Source of the DNA: Antedon mediterranea
Lineage: Eukaryota > Animalia > Echinodermata
Direction: 5' to 3'
Assembly: GCF_964355755.1 (NCBI RefSeq)
Contig: NC_092674.1
Coordinates: forward strand, 6,448,001-6,512,000
Length of the DNA stretch: 64,000 bases
Under the pieces are notes generated by a model, which was given only the letters and a program-made list of their open reading frames with translations, was not told where the DNA came from and searched no databases. Made by a program: the position numbers and the translations under genes. Numbering within the stretch: position 1 is the stretch's first letter; each line of letters begins with the position of its first letter. Shown in pieces: positions 13,501-26,499 of the stretch.

Positions 13501-15654
13501 ACACATTGAATGGAGAAGGGGACACATTCCTGTTAATTGAATGGTGGAAAATTATGTTTTAACACTATGGACAACTCATCAATGGCATAACTGCTATGAG
13601 TGCTCACTTCTGGGCTAAACCCAGGGGCCCCAGAGCAGTGCCCAGAGACAAAAAACAGGCATTAAAATATGTCGAAAAAGGCTAAAAACCCGCGAGGCCT
13701 CCAGCCACTTAAGGTTTCTAAATCCAGTGCCTGAGGTCTCTACGTGTTGCCACTGCAAGCTATATTCAGGCGACACCTCCATAAAGAGACACTTTGTTAG
13801 GTCCTGAATGTGTCCTCCAGGTTCTACTGCATGTAGAAAGGTTTTCTCACTAAAATTAAAAATCATAGATTGCCAAGTAAACTAAACTTACTTTAGTTTG
13901 TTGGTGAGTTGTTGCATTCTTGGTATGAGGTCAGTTTTTTCTTGCGCTTTGATGGGAACCAGGTACATTGATGCCCCCATTAGCCTGTTGAGGAGCATGT
14001 TACCATTGCTGCCCAACTCGCAAGGATCCTAATAAAATATTCCAAGATTATCAAAAAGGTTAATAAAATTGTTGTGACGATATTGTGTCAAGACCTAAAA
14101 ATCTGTCTACACTATCAAAGTGTGACAAAAAAAGTGTGATGTGCCCAAATATGGTAGTGATATGACATCATCATGTCCATATATGTGCACACCACTTTTT
14201 TTGTCACATAAAGTTTGATAGTGTAGACAGCTTTAGAGTAGGTGAAAAACTACATTTAGTTTTAGCCTTTGAAATAATTGTATACAAAGGTTTTATTACA
14301 TTTATGGCATCTACTTTGTGTAAAGAGCCACAGAAAAACGTTTGGAAAAAGCGGACATTGCGAAGGGGTTATTTAAGGTCACATTAGGTCAAATAATTAT
14401 GAGGATGTTTGTATTTAAGCATAAATGTCCTGAAAATAGATTCTGGATTTTCCCTAAATTCCTAGTAACTTGGGGAAGTGTAGACAGAGCTTAATACTAG
14501 AAACCTCTCTACCTTTATTCTGGACCTTAGAAGAAGGTGAGTCTCAAGTCCAAGTTGCCTAGCCGCAACCGCTGTTGTGCGGCAATGATTTGACTGAACT
14601 CCGCCACACGTTATCACAGCTTTACAATCATTTGATAAAGCCTCGGCTAGCAAGAACTCCAACTTTCGAATCTAGTCACAATAAAATCACACTTCAAACA
14701 TTATTTTAAAAAGCAATCTTTTGACATATTTCTGGAGAATCTACATAAATACATAAAAGTCAAAGTTGTATAATTAATTAATTAATGGGGTAAAACATTC
14801 ACACACTAATAAGTAGCGAGCTCAACCAATCAGTTACCTAAAGATAGACTGAGGTATTTGCGAAAATGCACTAGCGCCATAAACATGCACTATAACACAA
14901 GTTTGGACTTTGTTTATGGTGGCCATCAGAAAGAAAATATTGACTGTAAAAGAAATATTTTGTTTACTTATAGTCTTATCGATCTGATTTGATAGCTAAC
15001 CTTGTTACCTGATAGAGCACAACCTGTCATATCATCACGTTTGATACACACTTCAATGTCACTAGGCACGCCTGGGAGATTCCATTTCTGGATAGGGGTG
15101 AATGGTTGGAAGAGCTGCACAAATTGTATAAATATGAACATTAGCATAAACTGCATTAGTCAGAATGTATATACTAATAACTATTATAATTATTAATCTA
15201 GTATTTTGTTGTCCACATTAGGGTCCGTTTTTAAATTGGAGAGATAAAAAATTTGTATCAATCAACATAATCAACCCCATCCTTCCCCCTCCCAATCCTT
15301 GATACCCCCCCCCCCCCCCAAAAAAAAAAATAAAAAATAAGGGGAATTCCCATTTCATTTTAAATCCTGATTGACCCATATGTTTTTCTTATTTCAACAA
15401 ATAATGACAAATTCACAATTTACCTGAACTTGCACTGATGGAGACATTTTCAAATGTTTCGCCCAATCCGGTGGAGTGTAACTAAGGAGTTGGTTTGAAG
15501 TAAACCCAGAATGCGTGTGTCTGCACCTGTGATTGGACACTGCAGACACTGACAGTACGCATTTTCTCGTCATAAATATTCCAACAACATTCTGTTGTTT
15601 CACATTGCTAATTACTTTATGACTGATTCCATTCATTAGGTGATGAGTAAACAT
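10507..15654 (-). CDS. D-cysteine desulfhydrase / ACC deaminase family PLP enzyme, copy 2 (9 coding exons, N-terminal extension)
   Basis: Exons 15424-15654, 15001-15114, 14513-14671, 13892-14028, 13349-13448, 12823-12923, 11891-12054, 10854-10994, 10507-10622; intron positions match copy 1. Motifs [14 protein letters not shown]|[41 protein letters not shown]. Confidence 0.92.
11646..11858. mobile_element. PIF/Harbinger-like MITE (representative of ~13 copies in the window)
   Basis: Family TIR agctctgtctacactatcaaac / gtttgatagtgtagacagagct with TAA/TTA flanks and an internal 21-bp repeat catatcactaccatatttggg. Other copies at ~1686, 6843, 12308, 12480, 13049, 14100, 39335, 41247, 51575, 56339, 59257, 60517. 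Confidence 0.8.
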
Positions 15655-17410
15655 TTGTTATGGAAACCTGTTGCTGACAAACAAAAAAAGTCCTGAATTA
15701 AAAAAAAAAATAAAAAAAAACATAAAAACATACTTTTTTATTATTTAGAAATAAATTAAAAGGCTTAAAATAAGATTCAGATGAGATTACATATTTTAAA
15801 TTAAATTGTGTATATTTAAAATAAGCATTAAAAATGGATGTAGCTTAGAAATCACATAAAACATCCATTATCTATGCCTAGCTATGTAAATTCTCAGTTA
15901 AACACCAGATCTGGTATTCCTACTCTTAGAAATTTTGAAGGTAAACTTGTTGTAGATGACCAAGATAAAGCGGAGTCTTTTAATTCTTTTTTTAGCAGTG
16001 TCTTTTGTAAGGAAAACTTATCGAATGTTCCGAATCTTGATAAAAAGATTGAGGCTTCTTTGTCAGATATTGAGTTTAATGTAGAAGATATTCATAAGCT
16101 GTTGTCTAACTTAGTTAAAAGTCAGCTGGCCCTGATGGCTTTCACCCACGGGTTTTAATTGAATTAAAGGATCAAATTGCTTACCCTCTCAGTCTAATAT
16201 TCACTAGATTATTCAATGATCAGACGGTCCCTCTAACGTGGAAGGAGGCAATTGTAATACCTATATTTAAAAAAGGCAAAAAGGAGGACCCGGCTAACTA
16301 CAGACCGGTTAGTTTAACGTCGGTCATAGGGAAAATGATGGAAAGGATCATTAGGGATAAACTTGTAATGTATCTTGAGAGTAATGGTCTTTAGTGCAAT
16401 GAGCAATTTGGATTCAGACAAGGTAGATCATGTGCATTACAACTACTTGATGTCCTGGAGAGTTGGACTACTAACCTGGATAACCATGATAGCTTTGATT
16501 GTGTCTATTTAGACTATAAAAAGGCTTTTGATAGTGTGCCACACCAAAGGCTTCTAGTCAAATTGAAAGGTTTTGGTATTACGGGAAATCTACTAGGATG
16601 GTTCTCTAATTATTTGTCAAATAGAATACAACGAGTTAGTGTCAATGGTCAATTATCATCACAGGCTCCAGTATTAAGTGGAATTCCACAGGTAGCGTTG
16701 TGGGCCCAATCTTATTTTCAATCTTCATTAACGATTTACCTGATGTTGTCGAGTCTAGTATTCGTTTATTTGCAGACGACACTAAGTTGTATAGAGTGGT
16801 CAATAACATTGATGATGCGGATTTATTTCAGAGAGACATTGACAGTGCTTCCCATTGGTCTAATGTTTGGCAATTGCCATTTAATGACACTAAGTGTAAG
16901 GTATTTCATTATGGTCGTGATAATCCCAATTTCTTGTATTCAATGGCTGGTAATTTACTACATGAGGTAAAGCAGGAGAACGATCTAGGTGTTACCTTTG
17001 ATCCTAGTTTAATATTTAATTTGCATGTAGCAGATATTTGTAAAAGAGCTAATAAGAAACTAGGAATGATTTATAGATCTTTTAAATTCTCGAATAAAGA
17101 TGGATTTTTGAAGCTGTATAAGTCTATTGTCAGGCCAACGCTTGAATATTGTAATACTGTTTATAATCCTATTAGAAAACGAGATCAGGATGAAATAGAG
17201 AAGGTCCAGCAAAGAGCAACAAGATTGATTCCTAGGTACCGTAATATTCCTTATGAACAACGATTGTGAATTCTTGGTCTTCCTACCATGAGATATCGAA
17301 GGCAGAGAGCTTAGGATTGTTAAAGGTTTTGATCGTATTTCGATCAACACATTTTTTGAATTTGATCTAGAATCTAGGACCCGTGGACACCCATATAAAC
17401 TCAAGTTTAA

Positions 17411-20400
17411 AACTCACCGTAACTCACCGTACACCACTCTAAATGAGTGGTGCAAGAGGCTGGTGGGCCGGTCGTGGCCCTCTATTAGCCCCCCTCGTCT
17501 TCTGAAATTGTCTTTTAAATAGTATGGTTGTGTCAACTTCTACTGTACTGGCAGGGAGAGCATTCCATGGATTTACGACTCGTTGGGTAAAAAAATGACT
17601 ACGGCAATTTAATCGAGCATTATTCTTTTTCAATTTATGTTTATGACCCCTAGTGGCGGTATATTCAGACTTTTGAAAAAGTAAATCACTATCAATAGCC
17701 TCTTTGTTAGAAAGAAAGTTATATGTTTGAATCATGTCCCCTCTGTGTCGTCTTTCTTCTAAGGTTGTTAAATTAAAAACTTTTAACCTATCTGCATAGG
17801 GCATGCCATGCAAACTAGGTGGTAGCCTAGTTGCTATCCTCTGAACTTTTTCTAATAAAAGAATGTCTTTCCTTAGTTGAGGAGACCATGCCTGGACTGC
17901 AAATTCGAGATGAGGCCTGACTAATCCAACATAAAGCGATTTAATCATATCAACTGATTTATTTTTAATGGATCTTTTAATAGTACATAAAACTCGATTA
18001 GCTGTTTTGGCTGCTGCTACACATTGTTTACTAGTCAAGTTCATAAGAATGATTCGGATTATTAAATCCTAGGTGCATGACATTGCATTTACTACTATTA
18101 AAGCTCATAAGGGATTCATGACACCAAAGTGATAACTTGTCAATCATTTTGTAGTACTCCAGGATCGACCTCGGAACGCACACTTCCAAACAATTTAATG
18201 TCATCAGCAAATTTCAACAATGAAGAATCAATGGAAAAATCTATGTCGTCAATAAAAATGAGAAAAAGCACCGGTCCGAGGACAGAACCCTGAGGCGTAC
18301 CACTATGAACAGGGGCCCACTCAGATTTCCTACCATTCACAACAACCCTTTGAGATCTATCACTAAGCCAGTTTTGAATCCACATGCCAAATGGACTTTC
18401 AATACCATGAGCCAAAACTTTATTCATCAACCTTACATGAGAAACTTTATCGAAGGCCTTTTGGAAATCAAAATAAATTACATCTACTGGTAAACCCTGG
18501 TCGTTCGTTCCCCTAACGGAGTTTTATTTCCACAATATTTAGGCCTCTGGCCCTTATATCTTACATACAAATCATACAATAATATTTTCTGGTTGGGTTG
18601 CAAAATAATATTTTCTATTTTCGTAAGCTAAATAAACAAAATTTGCTAAATCTTGGACTACTCTAGTGTTGCACATTAAAAAATAAAACTTATTTAAACA
18701 AGGGAACGTGTGATAAAAATTAGGAATATATAAGTTTCTGAGTTCGGAATAATATGGACAGACTAACATAAAATGAAATTCGTCTTCAATAGAATTCATA
18801 TTGCATAATTTACATAAACGGTTTTGAAGTGGGATTTTGTTCCATCTTCCCTTTTCTATTTCCAAATCTAACACTCCTAAACGAAATTTTGTGAATATAT
18901 TTTTACGTTTCCAATCTTTTAAGTGTAACAAATGATAACTTATTTCAATTTTCGTTTTAAAATACTTAAAATATTTTAGTTTTGAATGTAAAGAAAATTG
19001 TTCAAAATATTTTTGTTTTTCTAAATCAATCAGTCGTAATTTAAATTCTTTAATAAATAATTTCTTGTCTTCAATCATTTGATTGTACCAAACATAACCA
19101 AAGCCGGTTGAACAAAGTAAATGTTTTACCTGACTATAGCCCACCAATATTCAATTCTGTTAATAATAATTTTTTTTAACTGAAAACTGTAACATTTAAA
19201 AATAAATCTATTTTTATCCATGTCAATAATATGCAACCAAAAACGAATAATTGAAATTAAACAATCGACATGCAAGGAAACTCTGCCTAATTCTGTAGTT
19301 ACGGCTGCGCTAGGGGCACTTTTTCCAATGTTCAAAATAAACCTCGCAAAACGCGTGTGGAAATTATTAATAATTATTTGGTTAGAAAACCCCCATATTT
19401 CACTGCCGTAAATTAAAATTGGTAATATTTTTGTGTCAAAAATATAATTAGATGTATTTTCTGGTAAATATTTCATATTTCGACTAATAAAAGATTTAAC
19501 GGAAAATAACGCGTTGTTTGCTTTTTGACAATTATATTCAAGTGCTTTGTTCCACTGGCCATTTGAACTAAATACCACTCCTAAATAATTATAAGTCGTA
19601 ACAACCTCCATTTGAATATTCCTGTAATACCATTTTTCAAAATATTTTAGTTTCCCACCCTTTTTAAATACCATTATTTTTGATTTATTTGTGTTTACAC
19701 TGAGACCCCATGTGTCACAAAAATGTTCGAGTTTATTTATTAAAATTTGTAAGCCCCTTACCGTATCTCCAAATAATACTAAGTCATCAGCGTATAATAA
19801 ATGATTGATAAAGCTGTCTTCAACTTGTATTTTGTCGCTATCTCTACTCTGATTTAGATCATAACTTAAATCATTCATAAATATGTTGAAAAGTAAAGAG
19901 GATAAAGGTGAACCTTGTTGTATTCCAATAGAACAGTCAAATGGAAATGTCACTTTGTTACCAATTTTTACATGTGCAGACAAATTGTTATACATAGACT
20001 GAATTATATTGTACATATTACCATTTACACCTATTCGTTTTAATTTAAGTAAAAGAAAACTATGATTTATACTATCGAAGGCACGCTTGAGATCAATGAA
20101 ACAGCAGAATACCCTACCTCGTTTTTTACTTAAATAGTTTGCAATGATACTATTTAAAATAAAAATATTGTCGAATGTGCGAAAACCCTTACGAAAACCT
20201 GCTTGCTCTTGATAAATAATGTTGTTATTTTCAGTGAAGTGGTCTAATCTTGATTTAAGGATGTGTAACAAAATTTTGCCAAGTATCGGAATAAGAGCAA
20301 TGCCTCTGTAATTTTCTGGCTTATTCTTTTTGCCCTTTTTGTAAATAGGAATTATCATGCTCGTCGCCCATTGTGTTGGGAATTGGCCCAACTGAAAAAT

Positions 20401-21235
20401 TGAATTAAAAATAAGTTTTAGATTATCAAATAATAAATTGGGTGCATTTAAGATATATTCTAAAAACATACCATCCATACCAGGAGATTTTCCTGATTTC
20501 TGCATTTTCAATGCTTGTTTGATTTCACCCAAGTCAATTTCTGAATTGAGGTTATCATTTTCGTTAACAATGTTATGTACTATTTCGTCTGTAACTTTGT
20601 TAACTGGCTCGGGGGGTTCAAACAGTGATTGGAAATGATCTCGCCATTCGTTAATTGTTATTTCAGAAGTTATTGTTTGTTTATGAGTTTTTAATTTTGA
20701 CCAAAATTGTTTTGAGCTCCTATTACGTCGTGAGGTGGTTTCCCGATTAATCGTACGATCAAAACGGTACTGGCTGCTATTAAAATTTTGTCACGTTTTT
20801 GTTTTTGATGGTTATATTTCTTTTGTCTTATTGTTTTTTTGTATTCCTTTTAAGTTTGATATAATTATTAAATGAATTCTGTTGATCGTTATTTCTTAAA
20901 GCTAAAGCTTTATTCAATTCTTTTTTAAAATCTTTTTTTAAAGTAAGGCATTCGCGATCAAACCAGTTATTTGTTTTCTTAACATTTTGAATAGTGGTAT
21001 TAGCGGTAAAATGTGTAAATACTTTAGATATTCCGCTACAAGTGTATTCAAAAGTTTTTTGAAGACATGTTACAGCCTCGTCGATTTTGTTTTGAATTAT
21101 TGCGCTCATGAAACTGTTGTCTAACTTCTCGGTCAATATCATATGTCACCTTCTCAAGAAACATTAGTAAATTTGTCAGACAAGATCTTCCTTTCAAGAA
21201 CCCATGTTGGGATGTATTCAGTAAATGTAACGAGT
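17411..21235 (-). mobile_element. CR1-like LINE B (5'-truncated, antisense, inside LINE A)
   Basis: QHGFLKGRSCLTNLL..VTYDID at 21131-21210 continues as DQGLPVDVIYFDFQKAFD below 18503. Also PQGSVLGP, FADD, RPHLE, TRGH and a 3' tandem acggtgagtt x2. Confidence 0.85.
18503..21130 (-). mobile_element. RTE-X-like non-LTR retrotransposon (5'-truncated, frameshifted), inside LINE B
   Basis: RT ORF 19126-20532 (KSPGMDG, NYRGI, EQAGFR, QQGSPLS, YADD). C-terminal CKLC..EDEFHFMLVC zinc motif. AATAAA plus gaac repeats at the 3' end; ggtc at both junctions. Clade assignment is tentative. Confidence 0.85.
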
Positions 21236-21514
21236 CAAGATGAGCTCTTGTCTTAATATTAGGAGGGACACGTTTTCCAGGAGAGTTATTCTCTTATACT
21301 CTACGGTGAACTTGTTCAAATGACAAAGCAAAACTTAACGTCGTATGGTCCAACCACCCGCTGAAGTTTTCACCCTATATAGAATATGATTTTATTACTA
21401 AGAGGGGCTTTTAAGCACTGAGTGCTTCGCCTCGATCCCGTAGACGAAAGTGTACGGGAAACAAGTAAACAAGTAGCCTGCCTAAAATTTAATTCTATCA
21501 TGTATCATGCCGGG

Positions 21515-21839
21515 CCGCGATTTTTTTTTTCGTACATAAGTTGGGGACCCCATGTGAAAGATAGCCAAACTACTTCCTAAATATAACCTAACCCTCCAAA
21601 TAATCTCTCTCACTATAAAGTAAAAGAGTAGCTCATGGGAGTTGAACCCCATAGATCGACATGTAAAGTCTTATTAACTCGACTACACAGACGGCTCGAC
21701 AGAAATCGTTTACATTAGCGAATTGTAGTTAGCTCGATTCTTACGTCACACCTTATGGATATAACTAATGAATATTCATGTTTATTTTGTGACGTTTCAC
21801 GAGGGGTCCTCAACTTATGTACGAAAAGAAATATCGCTG
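21515..21839. mobile_element. MITE A (TIR c(c/a)gcgat...cgtacataagttg), tRNA-like interior
   Basis: Flanked by CCGGG at 21510-21514 and 21840-21844; homologous to 2808-3145. Confidence 0.75.
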
Positions 21840-21844
21840 CCGGG

Positions 21845-22758
21845 CCGCGATTTTTTTTTTCGTACATAAGTTGGGGACCCCTCATGAAACGTCACAAAAT
21901 AAACATGAATAATTCATCAGTTAATTTTTTTGTTCCGTGTCTACCCAAGCGTCGTATAGCTAAAAGTGATTACAACTGCGATACGATTCTTTCTAGGCCT
22001 AGGATTCTAGGTCAATTCATGTGATTGCCTTCTCGCACTCTTCTTCACACACACACCAACCTATGCAAAATGTGTCGAGGCTAATCGACAGCTAGACAAG
22101 ACACATTCAACTAAGTAGTAATTAGACATAGCCCATAGAAAGCTTAGACCCACAAGAAGAATGTTTATAATTTGTGTACTGTAATTTTTTAAATTCTGCT
22201 ATTTTATTATCAAACAATATGCATGTACTCAAAGGAACTTTAAAAATGCGCGTATATGAACACATGAGATGGAAAGATTAGAACCACGAGAATAAAAAAT
22301 GTATTTTTGTGTAATGTAATTGTTTAATTTTGCTGACTTATTACTCGGACTGTGTCATACCTAACAGTAACACACACGTCACACCCACACAGACTACTAG
22401 AATAGACATGGACTTTAGAGACTAATAATTAGGCCTAATAGTATTAATAGAAACTATAATTTTAACACGTAATTCTTTAATAATACAATAATTATATTAA
22501 AAACTCTATCATAAACTAAAGGCTGATTATTTCGACAATCCACACAAAACGCCGCTATTCTTTTATGAAATCGCACACCGCAACCACAGCGGAGATGGCC
22601 TAGAATCGTATCGCAGTTGTGTCGTGTAATCACTTCTTGTTGTTATACGCTTGTGGGTGCACACGGAACAAGAAAATTAAACTGATGAATTATTCATGTT
22701 TATTTTGTGACGTTTCATTAAGGGGTCCCCAACTTATGTACGAAAAAAAAAATCGCTG
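21845..22758. mobile_element. MITE B, same terminal family, ~155-bp TIRs
   Basis: Long inverted repeats at ~21845-22000 and ~22598-22758; flanked by CCGGG at 21840-21844 and 22759-22763. Confidence 0.8.
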
Positions 22759-23984
22759 CCGGGCCGGTGTAAGATTTAAATCTGTCCGGTGTTTGAAAGT
22801 GTCCACTGGACAATTTTCAGCATTGAATATTGTAATACTAGCTGTTGAAAATGGCCGCAACCACCCGGGCAGCTTTCATCGATAAAAAAGTAGGACCATC
22901 GAGACATCGACATCATATTAACCCCGTAAAAACTAGGGCACTGGACGTTCACCAACTCCCGTTAGGGTAATTATAATTCCTTAGAATACCAACTTGAATC
23001 GCAAAATATCAAGTGGATTGAAATAAATATTACTATTATTATATCTGGAGACATATAGTCTAATCAAATTAAATTGTTTGTTTTTGATTGAGTATATACA
23101 ACCTGTTGTCAATTTGAAGTAAATCGACAACTTGAAAAATATATAGCCTACTGTATTATTATTTCGAGGGAATGAATATCACTAAATCATATAGGCATAG
23201 GGCCTACCTATTTCGTTATCTCGAAATATTATTTCATTCGAAATTCGAATTACTACTTCGCGAGAGAACGAAATAATTTCCCTCGAAATTATTTCGTTCT
23301 CTCGATCATCATCATCATCATCATCATCATTCCTTGTCTCGAAGTAGTAATTCGTTTTTTATATTATTCAGTTCTTGAAATCTTATTTTGTTCTCCCTAA
23401 ATATATTCGTTCCCTCAAAATATTTTTCAGTTCTCAAAATATTATTTTGTAATATTCATAATACTGCTACTAATTTAATAATATCAACTGATAACAAAAG
23501 TTCTTTAAACAAGTAAGTTCGTCATTGTTAAAGTCAGTTCTTTTTCATTATATTTTTTTCACAGATGCCTGATTTTTGTTTTTATTTAATAAAACATTGA
23601 ATTGGTTAGTCACAATATTTGCTTTGTTTCTAGAGACTTTACATTATTTATTTATTTATCTAAAATACATTTGAAAAATATTGTTGATGCATATTACCAA
23701 AAAATATTTGTTTTTTATATTTTATATGGCAAAATAAACACCTTAATTGCGCATCATAATTATTCGTTCACTCAAGGGTATTTCGGTTTTTTGTTTTTTT
23801 CGAATATTAGGGTATTTCGTTCCCAATACAAACAGTCCAATACCGTTATACATCAAATTCATAGAATAATGGCTTATATTGAAATGAAGCGTTTAAAACG
23901 TCTTTGCCACAATGTCTGTACATGCAGCTGAGTTTAAAAAATCGCGGTTGTATTTTTGTTTTATATGGACATATAAACATAGAA

Positions 23985-24960
23985 ACCACCAGCTAATACC
24001 AGAAATACCAACAGCTTATGTATCAATTTTTAAAATCAACACCAGCTAATTTAGAACGGTCAGCAGATAATGTAGTAACGAAAATTGCCTCACAGCTAAT
24101 GTTGAAAATATTGTATAATTTAAAAACCTGTCTACATCATGTGAAAATGCATTTCTTTACTTACCGGTAGCTATCCATCTATCCACGTCTCGTAAGTGAC
24201 CAACCAACAACCACTTCTAGTAAGTAACCACCTCTATTGAACGACCACCGTCTCTGATAATCGCCCACCATCTCTTAACGACCACACCACTCGTCAAGGA
24301 CGAGCTATTTTAAAGGACCACCACCTCGGCTTCTCATAATCAACCTCATGACGGACTACCTCTCTTAACGACCACGCCTAAAGTGTCGACCTCTCTATAA
24401 AAAAAAACGTCCACCTCTCCACTGGGACCACTTCTCATAATCGACTACCATCCGTAACGACCACCTTTCGCAAATTACCACCTCTATTGAGGTGGTCACT
24501 TACGGGAGGTGTAGTCGGTAAAAGAAGTGGTCGTCTACGAGCGGTGGTAGTTTATGAAAAGCAGTCCCTTATGAGAGGAGGTTACCCCTTCAGGAAGTTG
24601 TCCATTGTGAGAAGCGGTCCTTTAACAGAGGTAGTCCCTTTTAAATATTAAAGGTGGTCGCTAACAAGGGTAGTTGCTTACGATCAGAGTGCTACGTTTT
24701 GAAAGCCGATCACTTACGAGAGGTGGATAGACTGACAGCTAAACTAAGTAGAGAAATACATTTGCACATGATTTAGACATTTAGGTTTATAAAATATATA
24801 ATTATTATTTTATTAGCTGGCGATATTAACTACATCAGCTGTGAGGCAATTTTCGTTACTTCATTACCTGTTAAGTTGTATATTAGCTAATGTTGATTTT
24901 TATTTAATAAATAACTGTTGGTGTTTCTACATTAGCTAGTTCTAGGTTTTACTACATGGG
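23985..24960. repeat. Foldback element built of GACCACCTCTC-like repeats; related half copy at ~28005-28650
   Basis: 24040-24200 is inverted at 24710-24880; repeat polarity flips near 24490. Confidence 0.65.
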
Positions 24961-25844
24961 TGGATTTGACAGTTTCGACGACATTTGCTGCCGTTTTCTA
25001 CACTAGCGGTTTTGAACAGGGACTAGTGTAAAGGAAATGCCACAAGTTGTGTTTTTTTATTTTTTTTTATTTATTGTTTTGTGTACTAAAGTGGCAGCAT
25101 AATCAGTATTTATTTTTACCAGATGTCCAGCAAGGGTAATGTCCCATAACTCAGGCCACAATTGTCAGGTCAACCTCAAAACAGCGGCTCTCGGGAGATA
25201 TTAATTACCGGTAGTCGTGTTAACTGTCATCTGTTATTTGTCAGGAGAAGGGGTGCGAACTTGCCATATCTCAAATTAAGATTACGCTTACCATGAATAT
25301 GATTTCATTACAAGAATTATATACCACAGTATGTTACGTAATTTAATTCTCTTATTTTAAAAAATAACTAAATAAATTAGTATATGATTCTAGTATAAGT
25401 ATTATAAAAAATGTTTCTATTTAATATACAGGGAGCGGGGGTTGCCTCATAGCCTGAACGGTTTTAATACGAACTTATGTACTATAATATTATTTTACGT
25501 AGATTACTATTTAATATTATTTTATTTATTTAACAACATATTTATATAGGATTATACACAATCAAGTAGAAATATACTTGTTTTGCATTGTGGTCCTGTC
25601 GACAAAAACGGATACAAATTTAAATACAATTTCAATTAATATTATAATATAATTTGAGATGAACTTATAATATGTAATAAAGAATAACTATATGATTATA
25701 TTTTATACTCCTATCTGAATGTGCTATTTATTGTGTAATAGAACGACTGAAGCGTTTACCAATAAGAGTATCTTCGAAATTTAATTTAATAAATGGCATT
25801 TCCCTCCAATAGTTTTTTTCTCTCATTTTTTGTGTACTTGCCAC

Positions 25845-26274
25845 TGTAATAAATTACCATTCCCTAACCATGAACATTCTAGAATAAGATGTTTACATTT
25901 AAGACATCATGTATAATTAATATAATAACAATCAGGAACATTCCAGTATGCTATTAATAGAAACTGTAATCAAATAGAATAAGAAGTATAAAGAATGATA
26001 TAGAAGGATAGGAACATCTTGTATATAAAGGGATGTAAAACTATTGTCATGTTGTTGGATATTAGAGGTTGGATATTAGATTGTAAAAGTTATTGTGAAG
26101 CTGTTGTTTAAAATGCTTACTGGGTTGTTGAAAGTTGAAGTTGATTGAAATTAAAGATTTGTTTTTGAGTTATTTTACAACTTTGTGAATTTGGTGTGTA
26201 TACTTTTATGTCACAAGGGAGTTTCTAAAGTATTTTCAACCGCTCGGAAACATACGTAAAAGGAGTTCGTGACA
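25845..26274 (+). mobile_element. Solo LTR (430 bp)
   Basis: TG...CA termini, near-perfect 5-bp TSD gccac/tccac, TATATAAA ~26022, ATTAAA ~26150. Confidence 0.65.
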
Positions 26275-26499
26275 TCCACTTAAGGCACAAAGTTTAAATT
26301 ATAGGCCTACACCTGACAAAACTGTTTGCTCTTTCTTCTAATCGGCAATTGGTTAAAACAAATGTAGCAAGAAGCTGATTGGCTCAATGTTTGTTCAAAA
26401 CCTCCTACATTTAAAAAATCATTCACTTTGCTTGCAAAGTTCCAATCACGGTGTTGTTCGTTACAATCTGCCTTCTTTCTATTTTTACTTATTATCATT

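Larger units (their letters stand above)
15870..21476 (+). mobile_element. CR1-like LINE A (decayed RT ORF2), split by nested insertions
   Basis: RT motifs ANYRPVSLTS, QFGFR, LDYKKAFD, FADD, RGHPYKL in 15870-17410, with stops and frameshifts. The 3' end resumes at ~21240 (IRRDTFSRRVI...WSNHPLKF) and ends in an acaagta tandem tail. Confidence 0.85.

Noticed and set aside
1327-15654. True ACC deaminase
   Set aside because: Lacks the diagnostic YE and HL residues; has YT and HT/HS.
21515-22758. RAG recombination signal sequences
   Set aside because: No CAC heptamer start, no recognisable nonamer at 12/23 spacing, and no RAG-like ORF in the window.
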